Source of the DNA: Oceanicaulis sp.
Lineage (GTDB): Bacteria > Pseudomonadota > Alphaproteobacteria > Caulobacterales > Maricaulaceae
DNA: 40,741 nucleotides
Assembly (NCBI GenBank): GCA_046542605.1
Contig: JBKHAZ010000001.1
Location: 1-40,741, forward strand
Direction: 5' to 3'
Numbering within the stretch: the first letter of the stretch is position 1; every line of letters starts with the position of its first letter. The notes under the pieces are model-generated. The model saw only the letters and a program-made list of their open reading frames with translations, was not told the origin of the DNA and did not search any database. The translations under genes and the position numbers were made by a program. Shown piece after piece: positions 1 through 8,519 of the stretch.

Positions 1-645
1 CCGCTGATGAGCTATGGCTGGGCGGCGATCGAGATCTGCGTGCAGGACGTGCTCGCCGCCCATGAGCGGGTGAAGCCCTCGCCGTTCCAGGTCATCGGCC
101 CGCCGCGGGAAATCGAGGGCCTGCCGGCGATCTATCCCATGCAGGTGAAAGGCCCGGACGGGGAGATCGTCTACCTCACGCAGATCCGCGACGACCTGCC
201 CGCCTATGATCTGCCCCGCGCGCAGACGCCCATCGACCGATTGTTCATCCTGGTCATCGGCTGCTCGGACATGCACGCCAGCCTGAAATGGTTCGACGAG
301 ACGCTGAGCTTCGAGACCGGCCGGGTGATGGACATCGAGTACCATATGCTCGCCGACGCCTACGGCACGCCGCGCGACGAGCTGCACACCATCTCCACCG
401 GCATCCACGGCCGCGACGTGTTTCTGGAGCTCGATCAGTACCCGGAGGCCGCAACGGTCCGACCGCGGCATCCCGGCATGCTGCCGCCCGGCGCGGCGCT
501 GGGGACCTTCTCCCACCCCGGGTTCGACCAGATCCAGGGCTGGGTGAGCGAACCGGTGAATCGGCCGGAAGCGCCCTATAACGGTAAGCGGGCGGGGATG
601 CTTCAGGGGCCGGACGGGCTGTTGGTGGAGGTTGTGGAGCTTTGA
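1..645 (+). CDS. VOC/glyoxalase superfamily protein, 5'-truncated by the window edge
   Basis: Frame +1 is open from base 1. Two VOC-like modules end in 'QVKGPDGEIVYL' and 'LQGPDGLLVEVV' (typical xxGPDGxxxE pattern). Confidence 0.7.
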   Translation, partial: PLMSYGWAAIEICVQDVLAAHERVKPSPFQVIGPPREIEGLPAIYPMQVKGPDGEIVYLTQIRDDLPAYDLPRAQTPIDRLFILVIGCSDMHASLKWFDETLSFETGRVMDIEYHMLADAYGTPRDELHTISTGIHGRDVFLELDQYPEAATVRPRHPGMLPPGAALGTFSHPGFDQIQGWVSEPVNRPEAPYNGKRAGMLQGPDGLLVEVVEL

Positions 646-661
646 TCGATCCGCAAAGCCG

Positions 662-777
662 AATGAATTCCCGGCCAAGCCCAGCCGGCAGGCCGGGCGT
701 CGAGCGGGGGCCTTGCACCGAAGCTCGCACCAGGTCCCGGCTCGGCGGCCCTAGCGGGCCGTGGCCGGGAATTCATT
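662..777. repeat. REPIN/MITE-like element: inverted pair of REP-like units with 16-bp terminal inverted repeats
   Basis: AATGAATTCCCGGCCA (662-677) is the exact reverse complement of TGGCCGGGAATTCATT (762-777). Each arm reads TTCCCGGCCA-[GC hairpin]-GyCGAGCsGGGrCCT. Confidence 0.7.
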
Positions 778-792
778 GATTTGAGGTCGCTT

Positions 793-1788
793 ATGCGCCA
801 AGTCGTCCTGAAACACCCCCTGCAAGACAAACCCCGCGCGGCCGATTTCCAGCGGATCGAGGCGCCCGCGCCCCAATGCCCGGACGGCGGCGTTCTGGTG
901 AAGCTTTCCCATGTCTCCATGGACCCGTATGTGGGCGCGCGCCTGCGCGGCCGGCACATGGGCGAACCGGCGCCGAAGCCCGGCGAGGAGGCGATTCCCG
1001 GCCACGGCGTGGGCGTGGTGGAAGAAAGCCGCAGCACGCAGTTCGCCGTGGGCGATTGGGTCCATCTATTGGACGCCGGCTGGTGCGAATACGCCGCGGC
1101 GCCGGCCGCGGCTGTACGCCGGGTCGACGTCGACGGGATCGACCCGGCCCTGCATCTCTCCGTCCTCGGAATGCCCGGCCTCACCGCCTGGGCCGGGATC
1201 ACGCAGCGCGCCGGGGTGAAGGCGGGCGAGAGCGTGCTCGTCGACGCCGCGGCCGGCGCGGTGGGCGGAACCGCCGGACAGATCGCCCGTGTCCACGGCG
1301 CGGCGCGCGTGGTGGGGATCGCCGGCGGGCCGGAGAAGTGCGCGCTCGTCACCGGCGCCTACGGCTTCGACGCCTGCATCGATTACAGGCGGGAGGGCTG
1401 GGAGGACCGGCTGCGTGCGGCGCTGCCGGACGGGCTGGACGTCCATTTCGAGAACGTGTCGTCCGATATCCTCAATCTCGCCCTGACGCTGATGAAGCCC
1501 TATGGCCGCGCGATTCTGTGCGGCCTGGCGGCGCATTATCAAACGGGGAGGCCGGCGCCGGGCGTCAATTTCGGGCCGGTGATCGGTGCGCGCGCGAGCC
1601 TCCACGGCCTGGTGGTGTACGATTTCTACAACCGCTGGGATGCGTTCGCCGCCGAGACCGCGCCGCTGGTGCGCGACGGGCGGATCCGGCTCGCCCACGA
1701 CATCGCCGACGGGCTGGACGCCGCGCCGGCCGCGTTCGAACGGCTCATGGACGGGTCGAATCGCGGCAAGGCGCTGATCGCGCTGTGA
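793..1788 (+). CDS. NADP-dependent oxidoreductase (MDR superfamily, CurA/prostaglandin reductase-like)
   Basis: Motifs 'SMDPY', 'LGMPGLTAW', 'AAAGAVG', 'GIAGGPEKC', 'DVHFENV', 'NRGK'. ATG at 793 follows GAGG. Confidence 0.9.
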   Translation: MRQVVLKHPLQDKPRAADFQRIEAPAPQCPDGGVLVKLSHVSMDPYVGARLRGRHMGEPAPKPGEEAIPGHGVGVVEESRSTQFAVGDWVHLLDAGWCEYAAAPAAAVRRVDVDGIDPALHLSVLGMPGLTAWAGITQRAGVKAGESVLVDAAAGAVGGTAGQIARVHGAARVVGIAGGPEKCALVTGAYGFDACIDYRREGWEDRLRAALPDGLDVHFENVSSDILNLALTLMKPYGRAILCGLAAHYQTGRPAPGVNFGPVIGARASLHGLVVYDFYNRWDAFAAETAPLVRDGRIRLAHDIADGLDAAPAAFERLMDGSNRGKALIAL

Positions 1789-2864
1789 GCGCGCCCGCCC
1801 ATGCGTGGGGTGCGCGCGGCGCGGTGAGCGTAAGCGGCCGGGCCGTGCATTATCGCCGCGCGGGCAGGCCCGGCGCGCCGGCGGTGGTGCTGCTTCATGG
1901 ATCGCCGGAAAGCGCCTCGGCGCTGCATGGCGTGGCGGCGGCGCTGCATGGCGATTTCGACGTCATCGGCTTCGACACGCCGGGAAACGGCCTGTCTCAT
2001 GCCCTGGCGGAAGACGATCCGGATTCGGAGCACTACGCCGGGCATCTGCTGGCGTTCATGGACGCGCTGGGGCTTGAGCGCGCCGGGCTTTACGGCTTTC
2101 ACACCGGGGCGGGGACCGCCATGGAGGCGGCGCTGCTGGCGCCGCAGCGCGTGGCGTGTCTGAGCCTCGACGGGTATCCGGTCTGGACCGACGGCGAGCG
2201 CGAAGACCTTCTGGCGAACTATCTCCCGATCCATGAACCGGTCTGGGACGGAAGTCATCTGGCGCGCATCTGGGCGCGCCTTGAAGAACAGCTGACCTTC
2301 TTTCCCTGGCACGCGCCGCGCCTGGACGCGCGGATGAATCTCCCCCCGACGCCCATGGAGACGCGCTTGCGGCGATTGCGCGACTGGCTGACGGCCTGGG
2401 ACAGCTACGCCGCGCCCTATCGCGCCGCCTTCAAGCGCCGGGGCGAAACCGGGCCGGACCGGATTGAAACCCCAACGCTGATCGGGGCGTTCGATCGCGA
2501 TCCGCTGGTGCGTCATCTGCCGCGCCTGTCGAACACGAGTCCGGCCGTCTCCCTCGTGCGCTGGGGCGAGGATCGTCAGGCGGCGCTTGACCAGATCGCC
2601 GCGCATTTTCGACGCCATCCCGGCGCGCCGGCCGGCGCGGCGGACCCGTCCGATCCCGAGCGCCTCACCAGTCTCGCCCGGCCGGTCCCGCGCTATGACT
2701 GGACGCCGGACACGTATGGCGGGTTTCTTCTCAAGCTCTGGCGGGGCCTGCGGCAGGAGGCGATCGCCAAAGCGCCGGACCAGGCCGCGCTTGACGCCGC
2801 GCTTGATCCGCTGGCGCTCCACGCCCGGCTCACCGCGGCGATCCAGGCCGAGACCGGGCTCTAG
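1785..2864 (+). CDS. Alpha/beta fold hydrolase with a non-canonical nucleophile elbow (GFHTG)
   Basis: C-terminal part of track ORF 876..2864. GTG at 1785 overlaps the upstream TGA (GTGA). Motifs 'VVLLHGSPES', 'DTPGNGLS', 'LYGFHTGAGTA'. Confidence 0.8.
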   Translation: MSAPAHAWGARGAVSVSGRAVHYRRAGRPGAPAVVLLHGSPESASALHGVAAALHGDFDVIGFDTPGNGLSHALAEDDPDSEHYAGHLLAFMDALGLERAGLYGFHTGAGTAMEAALLAPQRVACLSLDGYPVWTDGEREDLLANYLPIHEPVWDGSHLARIWARLEEQLTFFPWHAPRLDARMNLPPTPMETRLRRLRDWLTAWDSYAAPYRAAFKRRGETGPDRIETPTLIGAFDRDPLVRHLPRLSNTSPAVSLVRWGEDRQAALDQIAAHFRRHPGAPAGAADPSDPERLTSLARPVPRYDWTPDTYGGFLLKLWRGLRQEAIAKAPDQAALDAALDPLALHARLTAAIQAETGL

Positions 2865-3805
2865 CCGGTCACGCCGTCGAGCTCGTTAAGGCCCAGCGCC
2901 AGCGCCAGGTTCTGCACAGCCTGCACGGCCGCGCCCTTCAGAAGATTGTCGAGCGCGCACACCATCACGGCCCGCATTCCGTCTTCGGACAGGGCGAACC
3001 CGCCCACCACCGCGCCGGGATTGTTCGCGCCGTCGGTGATTTCGGGGATGGTTCGTGAAATCCGGATCAGCGGCTCGCCGTCATAGGCCGCGTGAAAGGC
3101 CGCGCGCAGGCTTTCTTCGTCCATGGGTTTTTTAAAGCCCAGCTGGGCGGTGACCATCAGGCCCCGGAAGAACTCCGCCACATGGGGGCTGAACCGCACG
3201 TCCCGGCCCAGATGACGGGTCATCTCGCGCTCGTGCAGATGCCCGGTCAGCCCATAGGGCATGAGATTGGTCTTCAGCGCGGCGGTGTCGTTCTTCCGGC
3301 TCGGCGTCGTGCCGGCGCCGGAATAGCCCGACACGCCGAACAGATGCGCGGCGCCTTTCAGCGTCTTGCGCACCGGATGCACGCAGATCTGGCCCGCCGT
3401 GGCGTAGCAGCCCGGATTGGAGATCCGCGTCGCGCCGGCCAGCGCCCTGCGTCCGTAGAGCTCGGGCAGGCCGTACACCCAGGCGTCGTCGAAGCGATAA
3501 TCCGCCGACAGATCGACGATCACGGTTTGCGGAGCCTGCGCCTCGATCGCCGCGATATAGCTCGCCGCTTGGCCGTTGGGCATGGCGAGGATCACCGCAT
3601 CGGCGCCGCGCGCCGCGATTTCGCCCGGGCTCAGTGCTTCGAACAGAAGGCCGGACGGCCCGCCCGGCGCCAGGGTCGAGACCGGCTCTCCGGCCATGGC
3701 GCGCGACACCGCGAACTCCAGCGCCATATCATTGCGCCGGCCGAGGATGGCGATCAGCTCGCGCCCGGTGTGGCCGCGCGCGCCGACAAGTCCGATGCGC
3801 TTCAT
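2861..3805 (-). CDS. argC: N-acetyl-gamma-glutamyl-phosphate reductase
   Basis: 'IGLVGARGHTG', 'DLSADYRF', 'YGLPE', catalytic 'SNPGCYAT', 'SGYSGAG', 'DNLLKGAA'. Start overlaps the upstream stop (ATG 3805 or GTG 3808). Confidence 0.95.
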   Translation of the reverse strand: MKRIGLVGARGHTGRELIAILGRRNDMALEFAVSRAMAGEPVSTLAPGGPSGLLFEALSPGEIAARGADAVILAMPNGQAASYIAAIEAQAPQTVIVDLSADYRFDDAWVYGLPELYGRRALAGATRISNPGCYATAGQICVHPVRKTLKGAAHLFGVSGYSGAGTTPSRKNDTAALKTNLMPYGLTGHLHEREMTRHLGRDVRFSPHVAEFFRGLMVTAQLGFKKPMDEESLRAAFHAAYDGEPLIRISRTIPEITDGANNPGAVVGGFALSEDGMRAVMVCALDNLLKGAAVQAVQNLALALGLNELDGVTG

Positions 3806-5151
3806 CACGCCTCCTCCAGTGTGGCGGGCAGGGCTGCGATCTTCTCCACCATTTCGGGAAGCCGGGACAGATCGGTCTCCCCGCGTTGGAACACCGTCCA
3901 GCGCCCGGTCTTCACCGCGCCGTGGCAGGCGTTGAAATAGAACTCGTTGACCGGGTTGTCGCTGCGTGAGCGCCAGTAGAGCCGGGGCGCATAGGCGATC
4001 AGCCGCTTCCAGACCGCGCCGCCGAGACCCTCGCCGCGCGCCTCGTCGAGCACCGCGAACTTGTCGAGATAGATCGCATCGTCCAGCCGGGCGGTGACGG
4101 CTGCGGCGCGGTACTGCTCCGTGACGAAGGCGCGGTCGAACGCCAGCCGGTCGAAATAATCCGCCACCGGGCGCCGGCCGAAGCTGGCTTCGATGAGCGC
4201 AGCGGCTTTCTCCCGGTCCAGACCGCCCAGGCGTTCGATCTCCAGCATGCGTTCGCCCCGGCGCACCAGCGTGCCGGCGCCGGCGTGGGTGAAGAGCTCT
4301 TTGGCCAGCTGGTCAGGTCGTGTGATGGAGACCGAGCTCGACAGCGGCAGATCGTCGAGCAGGCGCTTGATCTCCAGCAGCTTCAGCCGCATGCCGCCGG
4401 ACACCCAGTCGGCGGCGAACAGCTCGTCCTGATCGGTGGCCAGATTGATCGCGCTGATCGGCTGGCCGGCCGCATCCAGAAGCGCCCCGGTCCCGGTCAG
4501 GAACACGATCTTGTAGGGCTGCAGCGCATGCACCAGGGCGCGCACCGCGCTGTCGGCGTTGACGTTGACGAGCTTGCCGTCAGCGGTGTCGCCGAGACAG
4601 CCGAGGATCGGCGCCTGGCCGGCGCGCGCGGCGGCGGCGACCTGATCAAGGCGCACGCGCACCGGTTCGCCGACGCGTCCCAGCTTCGCCGCGTCGATCA
4701 GCTCGGCTTCGAACACGCCTGAGGGGATTGCAGCGGCGCGTCCGCCGGCGTCGCGCACGGCCTGAACGAGTTTCAGATTTGTGGCCGTCAGCGTGTCGCG
4801 CACGACGCCCATGGCCGCATCCGGCGTGATGCGGAGCCCGCCCATGCGCTCCTCGCGAAAGCCGGCGCGCTCCAGCGCCGCGTTCAGCTGCGGCCCCCCG
4901 CCGTGGACGACCACCGGCGCCAGGCCCACCGACTGCAGAAAGGCGAGCGCGGCGGCGAGCGCGCCGAGCTCTTCCTCGATGATCGCCCCGCCCACCTTCA
5001 CCACCGCGAAGCGCTCCTGATCCAGGCGCGAGAACCGGTTGAGGTATTCGCGAATCTCCTTGCCGTCGCGCATGTTGGAGAGAAGCTGCACGATGGCCGC
5101 GCGCACCGGGGCGCGCTCCGGCGCTTTTTCAGGGGTCGGCGCGTCGGTCAT
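3805..5151 (-). CDS. argB: Bifunctional N-acetylglutamate synthase/kinase (amino-acid-kinase domain plus DUF619/NAT domain, vertebrate-like NAGS)
   Basis: AAK motifs 'VVKVGGA', 'VHGGGPQ', 'NVNAD'; Arg-binding 'ELFTHAGAGT'; NAT domain 'YLDKFAV', 'GEGLG', 'WRSRSDNPVNEFY'. Confidence 0.9.
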   Translation of the reverse strand: MTDAPTPEKAPERAPVRAAIVQLLSNMRDGKEIREYLNRFSRLDQERFAVVKVGGAIIEEELGALAAALAFLQSVGLAPVVVHGGGPQLNAALERAGFREERMGGLRITPDAAMGVVRDTLTATNLKLVQAVRDAGGRAAAIPSGVFEAELIDAAKLGRVGEPVRVRLDQVAAAARAGQAPILGCLGDTADGKLVNVNADSAVRALVHALQPYKIVFLTGTGALLDAAGQPISAINLATDQDELFAADWVSGGMRLKLLEIKRLLDDLPLSSSVSITRPDQLAKELFTHAGAGTLVRRGERMLEIERLGGLDREKAAALIEASFGRRPVADYFDRLAFDRAFVTEQYRAAAVTARLDDAIYLDKFAVLDEARGEGLGGAVWKRLIAYAPRLYWRSRSDNPVNEFYFNACHGAVKTGRWTVFQRGETDLSRLPEMVEKIAALPATLEEA

Positions 5152-6152
5152 GCCGCGCCCCCGACCAGGCGTTCCATGATCGCCTTTTGCACGTGAAGCC
5201 GGTTTTCCGCCTCCTCGATCCCGAGGAACGCCTCGGAATCCACTACGGCGTCGGCGATCTTCACATTGCGGCGCATGGGCAGGCAGTGGCTGACCACCGC
5301 ATTGTCGGTGAGCGCCATTTTCGCCTCGTCGATCATGAAGCCCGCCCCCTTGGCCCGGTAGGCGGTCTCCCCGCCCCAGCTTCCGTAGAACGGCAAGGCG
5401 CCCCAGCTCTTGCCGTACACGGCGTGCACGCCCGAATAGGCTTCCTCGACATCGGTATGGACGGAAAACGTCGCGCCGGCCTCCGCGCAGAACCGGGTCG
5501 CCGCGTTCATGTAACGCTCGTCGAGGCGATAGACCTCGTCGGGCACCAGCAGGCGGACATTCATGCCGAATTTCGATGCGATGAGGACGGCGGAGTTCGC
5601 CACCGCGGTGTTCAGCGGCTTGGGATGGGGCACCCAGGTAAGCAGATAATCCTTGCCCTGAACGTCTCCGAGCCGGTCCTGCAGCGCCATCATGTGGGCG
5701 AGCTCCTGACAGGGATGGACGATGGTCTCCATATTGATCACCGGCACGGTGGCGTGCCGGGCGTAGGCGGTGATCAGCGGATCCTCGCGCTCGGTGGTCC
5801 AGTCCTGGAATTTGGGAAAGCAGCGAATGGCGATCAGATCGGCGTAGCGCGACAGGACGCGCGCAGCCTCCTTCACATGCTCTTCAGGTTCGCCGTCCAT
5901 GACCGCGCCTTCGTCGAACTCCACCGGCCAGGTCTGGCCGCGCGCGTCCAGAACGACGGCGTGTCCGCCAAGCTGGTGCACGCCGATATCGAAGCTGGAG
6001 CGGGTGCGCAGGCTCGGATTGAAGAACAACAGCGCCACCGACTTGCCCTTCAGCGCGTCGCCTTGGGGGCTGTCGCGAAAGACGCGGGCGCGGTCGATCA
6101 TCGCCTGCAGATCGGCGCGGGACCAGTCTTCGGTGGAGAGGAAATGGCGCAT
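5148..6152 (-). CDS. argF': N-acetylornithine carbamoyltransferase (AOTCase)
   Basis: 'FNPSLRT', 'MDGEPEEH', 'HPCQ', proline-rich loop 'HPKPLNTAVANS' and 'HCLPMRRNVK' are AOTCase signatures. ATG 6152 preferred; TTG 6182 possible. Confidence 0.92.
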   Translation of the reverse strand: MRHFLSTEDWSRADLQAMIDRARVFRDSPQGDALKGKSVALLFFNPSLRTRSSFDIGVHQLGGHAVVLDARGQTWPVEFDEGAVMDGEPEEHVKEAARVLSRYADLIAIRCFPKFQDWTTEREDPLITAYARHATVPVINMETIVHPCQELAHMMALQDRLGDVQGKDYLLTWVPHPKPLNTAVANSAVLIASKFGMNVRLLVPDEVYRLDERYMNAATRFCAEAGATFSVHTDVEEAYSGVHAVYGKSWGALPFYGSWGGETAYRAKGAGFMIDEAKMALTDNAVVSHCLPMRRNVKIADAVVDSEAFLGIEEAENRLHVQKAIMERLVGGAA

Positions 6153-6190
6153 GGCGGCGGGCCCTGTCCTGACAAATTTCAAGGCTCATG

Positions 6191-6219
6191 CGTGTAGCGG
6201 CGCAATGGCGGGTTTGCAA
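6191..6219 (-). promoter_or_regulatory. Probable sigma70 promoter of the arg operon
   Basis: Minus strand TTGCAA-N15-GCTACACG resembles the Caulobacter-type housekeeping consensus (TTG...GCTANA). Confidence 0.45.
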
Positions 6220-6248
6220 ACGCGCCGGCGCGTCCCGGTCAAGCGGCG

Positions 6249-7721
6249 CTACAGCGCTCCGGCCCCGGTTTCGCGCGTCAGCACGGGCATGATCCCGTTG
6301 AGCGCATCGATCAGGCGCTGGTCTCGCTCGTAGATGTCGAGCACGAAGCGGACCTCGCCCAGCCGGCCGGTGACCGCGGTGAAGTAGAGAATATGGACCG
6401 GGATTTCGGTCTCCAGGCGGACCCGCACGGTCTCGCCGGCCTCGAACGCGGCGCGCACCCGGGCCGGGCTCCAGCCTTCGCCTTCGAGCACCCAGATCGC
6501 CAGCTCGCGCGGATCGCGCACGCGCACGCAGCCCGCGGAGTCGTCGCGCCTGGACAGGGCGAACACGTCGCGGTGCGGGGTGTCGTGGATGTAGACGTTA
6601 TGCCGGTTGGGAAAGAGGAATTTCACCTCGCCCATGGAGTTGTTCGGCCCCGGCTGCTGCACCACGCGGAAGCGCCGCCCGGTCCAGTCGACAGTGTAGG
6701 CGTTCACCCGCGTCCCGGTGTCGAGATCGACCAGATGAAACCCCTCCGCATAGGCGTGGTCCGGATTTCTGCGGAAGGTCTCCACCCAGTGCGAACCGAG
6801 CCCGCCGGGGGTGAGCCACCAGGGATGGATCTCCACGACGCTCATGTCTTCGGAAAACACCGGGGTTGAGGCGTAGGTCTTGCCGATCTGGGTTTCGTGA
6901 ACCCGCTCCGCCCGCCCGTCGCGCCACGCCTCCAGACGGTAGTCGGCGATGTTCACCCGGATATGGCGCGCGCCCAGATCGGCGGGCAGCCAGCGCCAGC
7001 GCTCCAGATTGGCGCGCAGCTGGTCGATGCGCCGGTCCGCGCCGGCTTCAAGCTCGGCCAGCGTCGCCGGGCCGGCCCGTCCGTCCGCGGCGAGATTGCG
7101 CCGGGCCTGGAACCGCATCAGCGCGCTTTCCAGCGCCGCGTCGAACACCGCGCCCGGCCGGCCCGGATCGGCGATGAGGCCCAGCTCGTAGAGCCGGGCG
7201 CGCAGGGCATCGACGCGCCCGCCCCGGTCGCCGCGTTCAAGCGCCGGGCCGGGGCCGATGCGGGCCGGCGCCTCGGGGGCGGCGCTCAGCGCGACCAGCG
7301 CGGCGCGCAGCGCCTGATAATCGGGATGCTGCGGCGCCAGGGCCTCGAAGCTGTCATAGACGCCGAGCCCGTCACGGGCGCGCGCATACCAGACCATCAG
7401 GTCCTGATCGCGGACCGGCGCGGTCCAGTCGGCGTCCAGATCGCGCGGGTCGATGCGGCCGAAGGCGAGATCCTCGGCGTAGTCGAACCAGGCCGCGCGC
7501 GCGAACCGGTCCCGCTCGCGGCCCGGCGCCATGCCGGCGAGCGCGGCCGGATCGGGATAGTCGGCCGGGTCCAGGCCATGCGTCCAGGCTTCCGACAGCG
7601 CCGCGCCCAGCTCGGCGATCTCCTGATCGCTCCAGGGCGCCGACCAGACGCGGGTCTGCGCGCCGGCCGGCGGGGCGGCGAGCGCGGCGGTGAGGACGAG
7701 GATGAGGATGATGAGGCGCAA
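6249..7721 (-). CDS. L,D-transpeptidase (YcbB/LdtD-like: scaffold, PG-binding and YkuD domains), secreted
   Basis: Signal peptide; PG-binding 'FQARRNLAADGRAGPAT'; 'NLERWRWLP'; catalytic 'YIHDTP...SAGCVRV'. TTG start after GGGGGAG. Confidence 0.9.
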   Translation of the reverse strand: MRLIILILVLTAALAAPPAGAQTRVWSAPWSDQEIAELGAALSEAWTHGLDPADYPDPAALAGMAPGRERDRFARAAWFDYAEDLAFGRIDPRDLDADWTAPVRDQDLMVWYARARDGLGVYDSFEALAPQHPDYQALRAALVALSAAPEAPARIGPGPALERGDRGGRVDALRARLYELGLIADPGRPGAVFDAALESALMRFQARRNLAADGRAGPATLAELEAGADRRIDQLRANLERWRWLPADLGARHIRVNIADYRLEAWRDGRAERVHETQIGKTYASTPVFSEDMSVVEIHPWWLTPGGLGSHWVETFRRNPDHAYAEGFHLVDLDTGTRVNAYTVDWTGRRFRVVQQPGPNNSMGEVKFLFPNRHNVYIHDTPHRDVFALSRRDDSAGCVRVRDPRELAIWVLEGEGWSPARVRAAFEAGETVRVRLETEIPVHILYFTAVTGRLGEVRFVLDIYERDQRLIDALNGIMPVLTRETGAGAL

Positions 7722-7868
7722 GGGCTCCCCCCGAAGCTTGGCCGGTCGAGCCTAGCAAAGCCCGGCCCGGCTGGGGAGAGCCGAACGCGCCCGCCGGCTC
7801 GCAGCAACGTGACTTGGCGCGGCGCGCTTGCGCAACAATGTTTGAGGGACGCTGCAACGGAGCCCGCC

Positions 7869-8519
7869 ATGCGCCTCGTCCTCGCCGCCACCCTGTCGGC
7901 CGCCGCCTTCACCGCCGCCGCCTGCGCCCAGGAGGCCGGCGATTTCGTCGAAGCGGCCGGGCCGGATGCAAGCCTGCCCGACGGGCTGTCCCAGGCGGTG
8001 TTCGCATCGGGGTGCTTCTGGTGCACCGAGGCCGATTTCGAAAAGCTCGACGGCGTGGTGGAGGTCGTCTCCGGCTTCGCCGGCGGGAGCGAGGCGAATC
8101 CCGGCTATTATGAAGTCGTGCGCGGGGAAACCGGGCACGCCGAAGCCGCGCGGATCATCTACGATCCCGATCGGGTCAGCTATGAGGCCCTGCTCGATCA
8201 CTACTGGGTCAATGTCGACCCGTTCGATGCCGGCGGCCAGTTCTGCGACCGCGGGTCCAGCTACGCGCCCTTCATCTTCCCCGCAAGCGACGCCCAGGCC
8301 GAGGCCGCGCGTGACAGCCTCGCCGAGGTGGAGGCGCGCTTCGAACGCTCCGTCGCGGTGGAGATCGAGCCGCTGGACACGTTCTGGCCGGCCGGCGCGG
8401 AGCATCAGGATTATGCGGAGCAGAATCCGATCCGCTATCAGCGCTACCGCTTCGGCTGCCGCCGCGATCAGCGCCTGCGTCAGGTCTGGGGCTCGGACGC
8501 GCTGTCCGGCGCGCCGTAG
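7869..8519 (+). CDS. msrA: Peptide-methionine (S)-S-oxide reductase with N-terminal export signal
   Basis: C-terminal part of track ORF 6897..8519. 'GCFWC', 'TGHAEA', 'GQFCDRG', 'EHQDY', resolving Cys in 'GCRRD'. ATG 7869 follows GGAG; hydrophobic Ala-rich leader. Confidence 0.93.
   Translation: MRLVLAATLSAAAFTAAACAQEAGDFVEAAGPDASLPDGLSQAVFASGCFWCTEADFEKLDGVVEVVSGFAGGSEANPGYYEVVRGETGHAEAARIIYDPDRVSYEALLDHYWVNVDPFDAGGQFCDRGSSYAPFIFPASDAQAEAARDSLAEVEARFERSVAVEIEPLDTFWPAGAEHQDYAEQNPIRYQRYRFGCRRDQRLRQVWGSDALSGAP

Noticed and set aside
876-1784. Apparent 662-aa ORF suggesting an N-terminally extended hydrolase
   Set aside because: The first ~300 aa are an off-frame read of the oxidoreductase; the real start is the GTG at 1785 overlapping its stop.
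5884-6189. Possible leaderless upstream ORF (ATG 6189) overlapping argF'
   Set aside because: The ATG lies about 1 nt from the predicted -10, upstream of the likely start site, and the product looks like off-frame sequence.
6897-7868. Apparent 540-aa MsrA fusion
   Set aside because: The extension is antisense to the L,D-transpeptidase; ATG 7869 has an RBS and starts a signal peptide.
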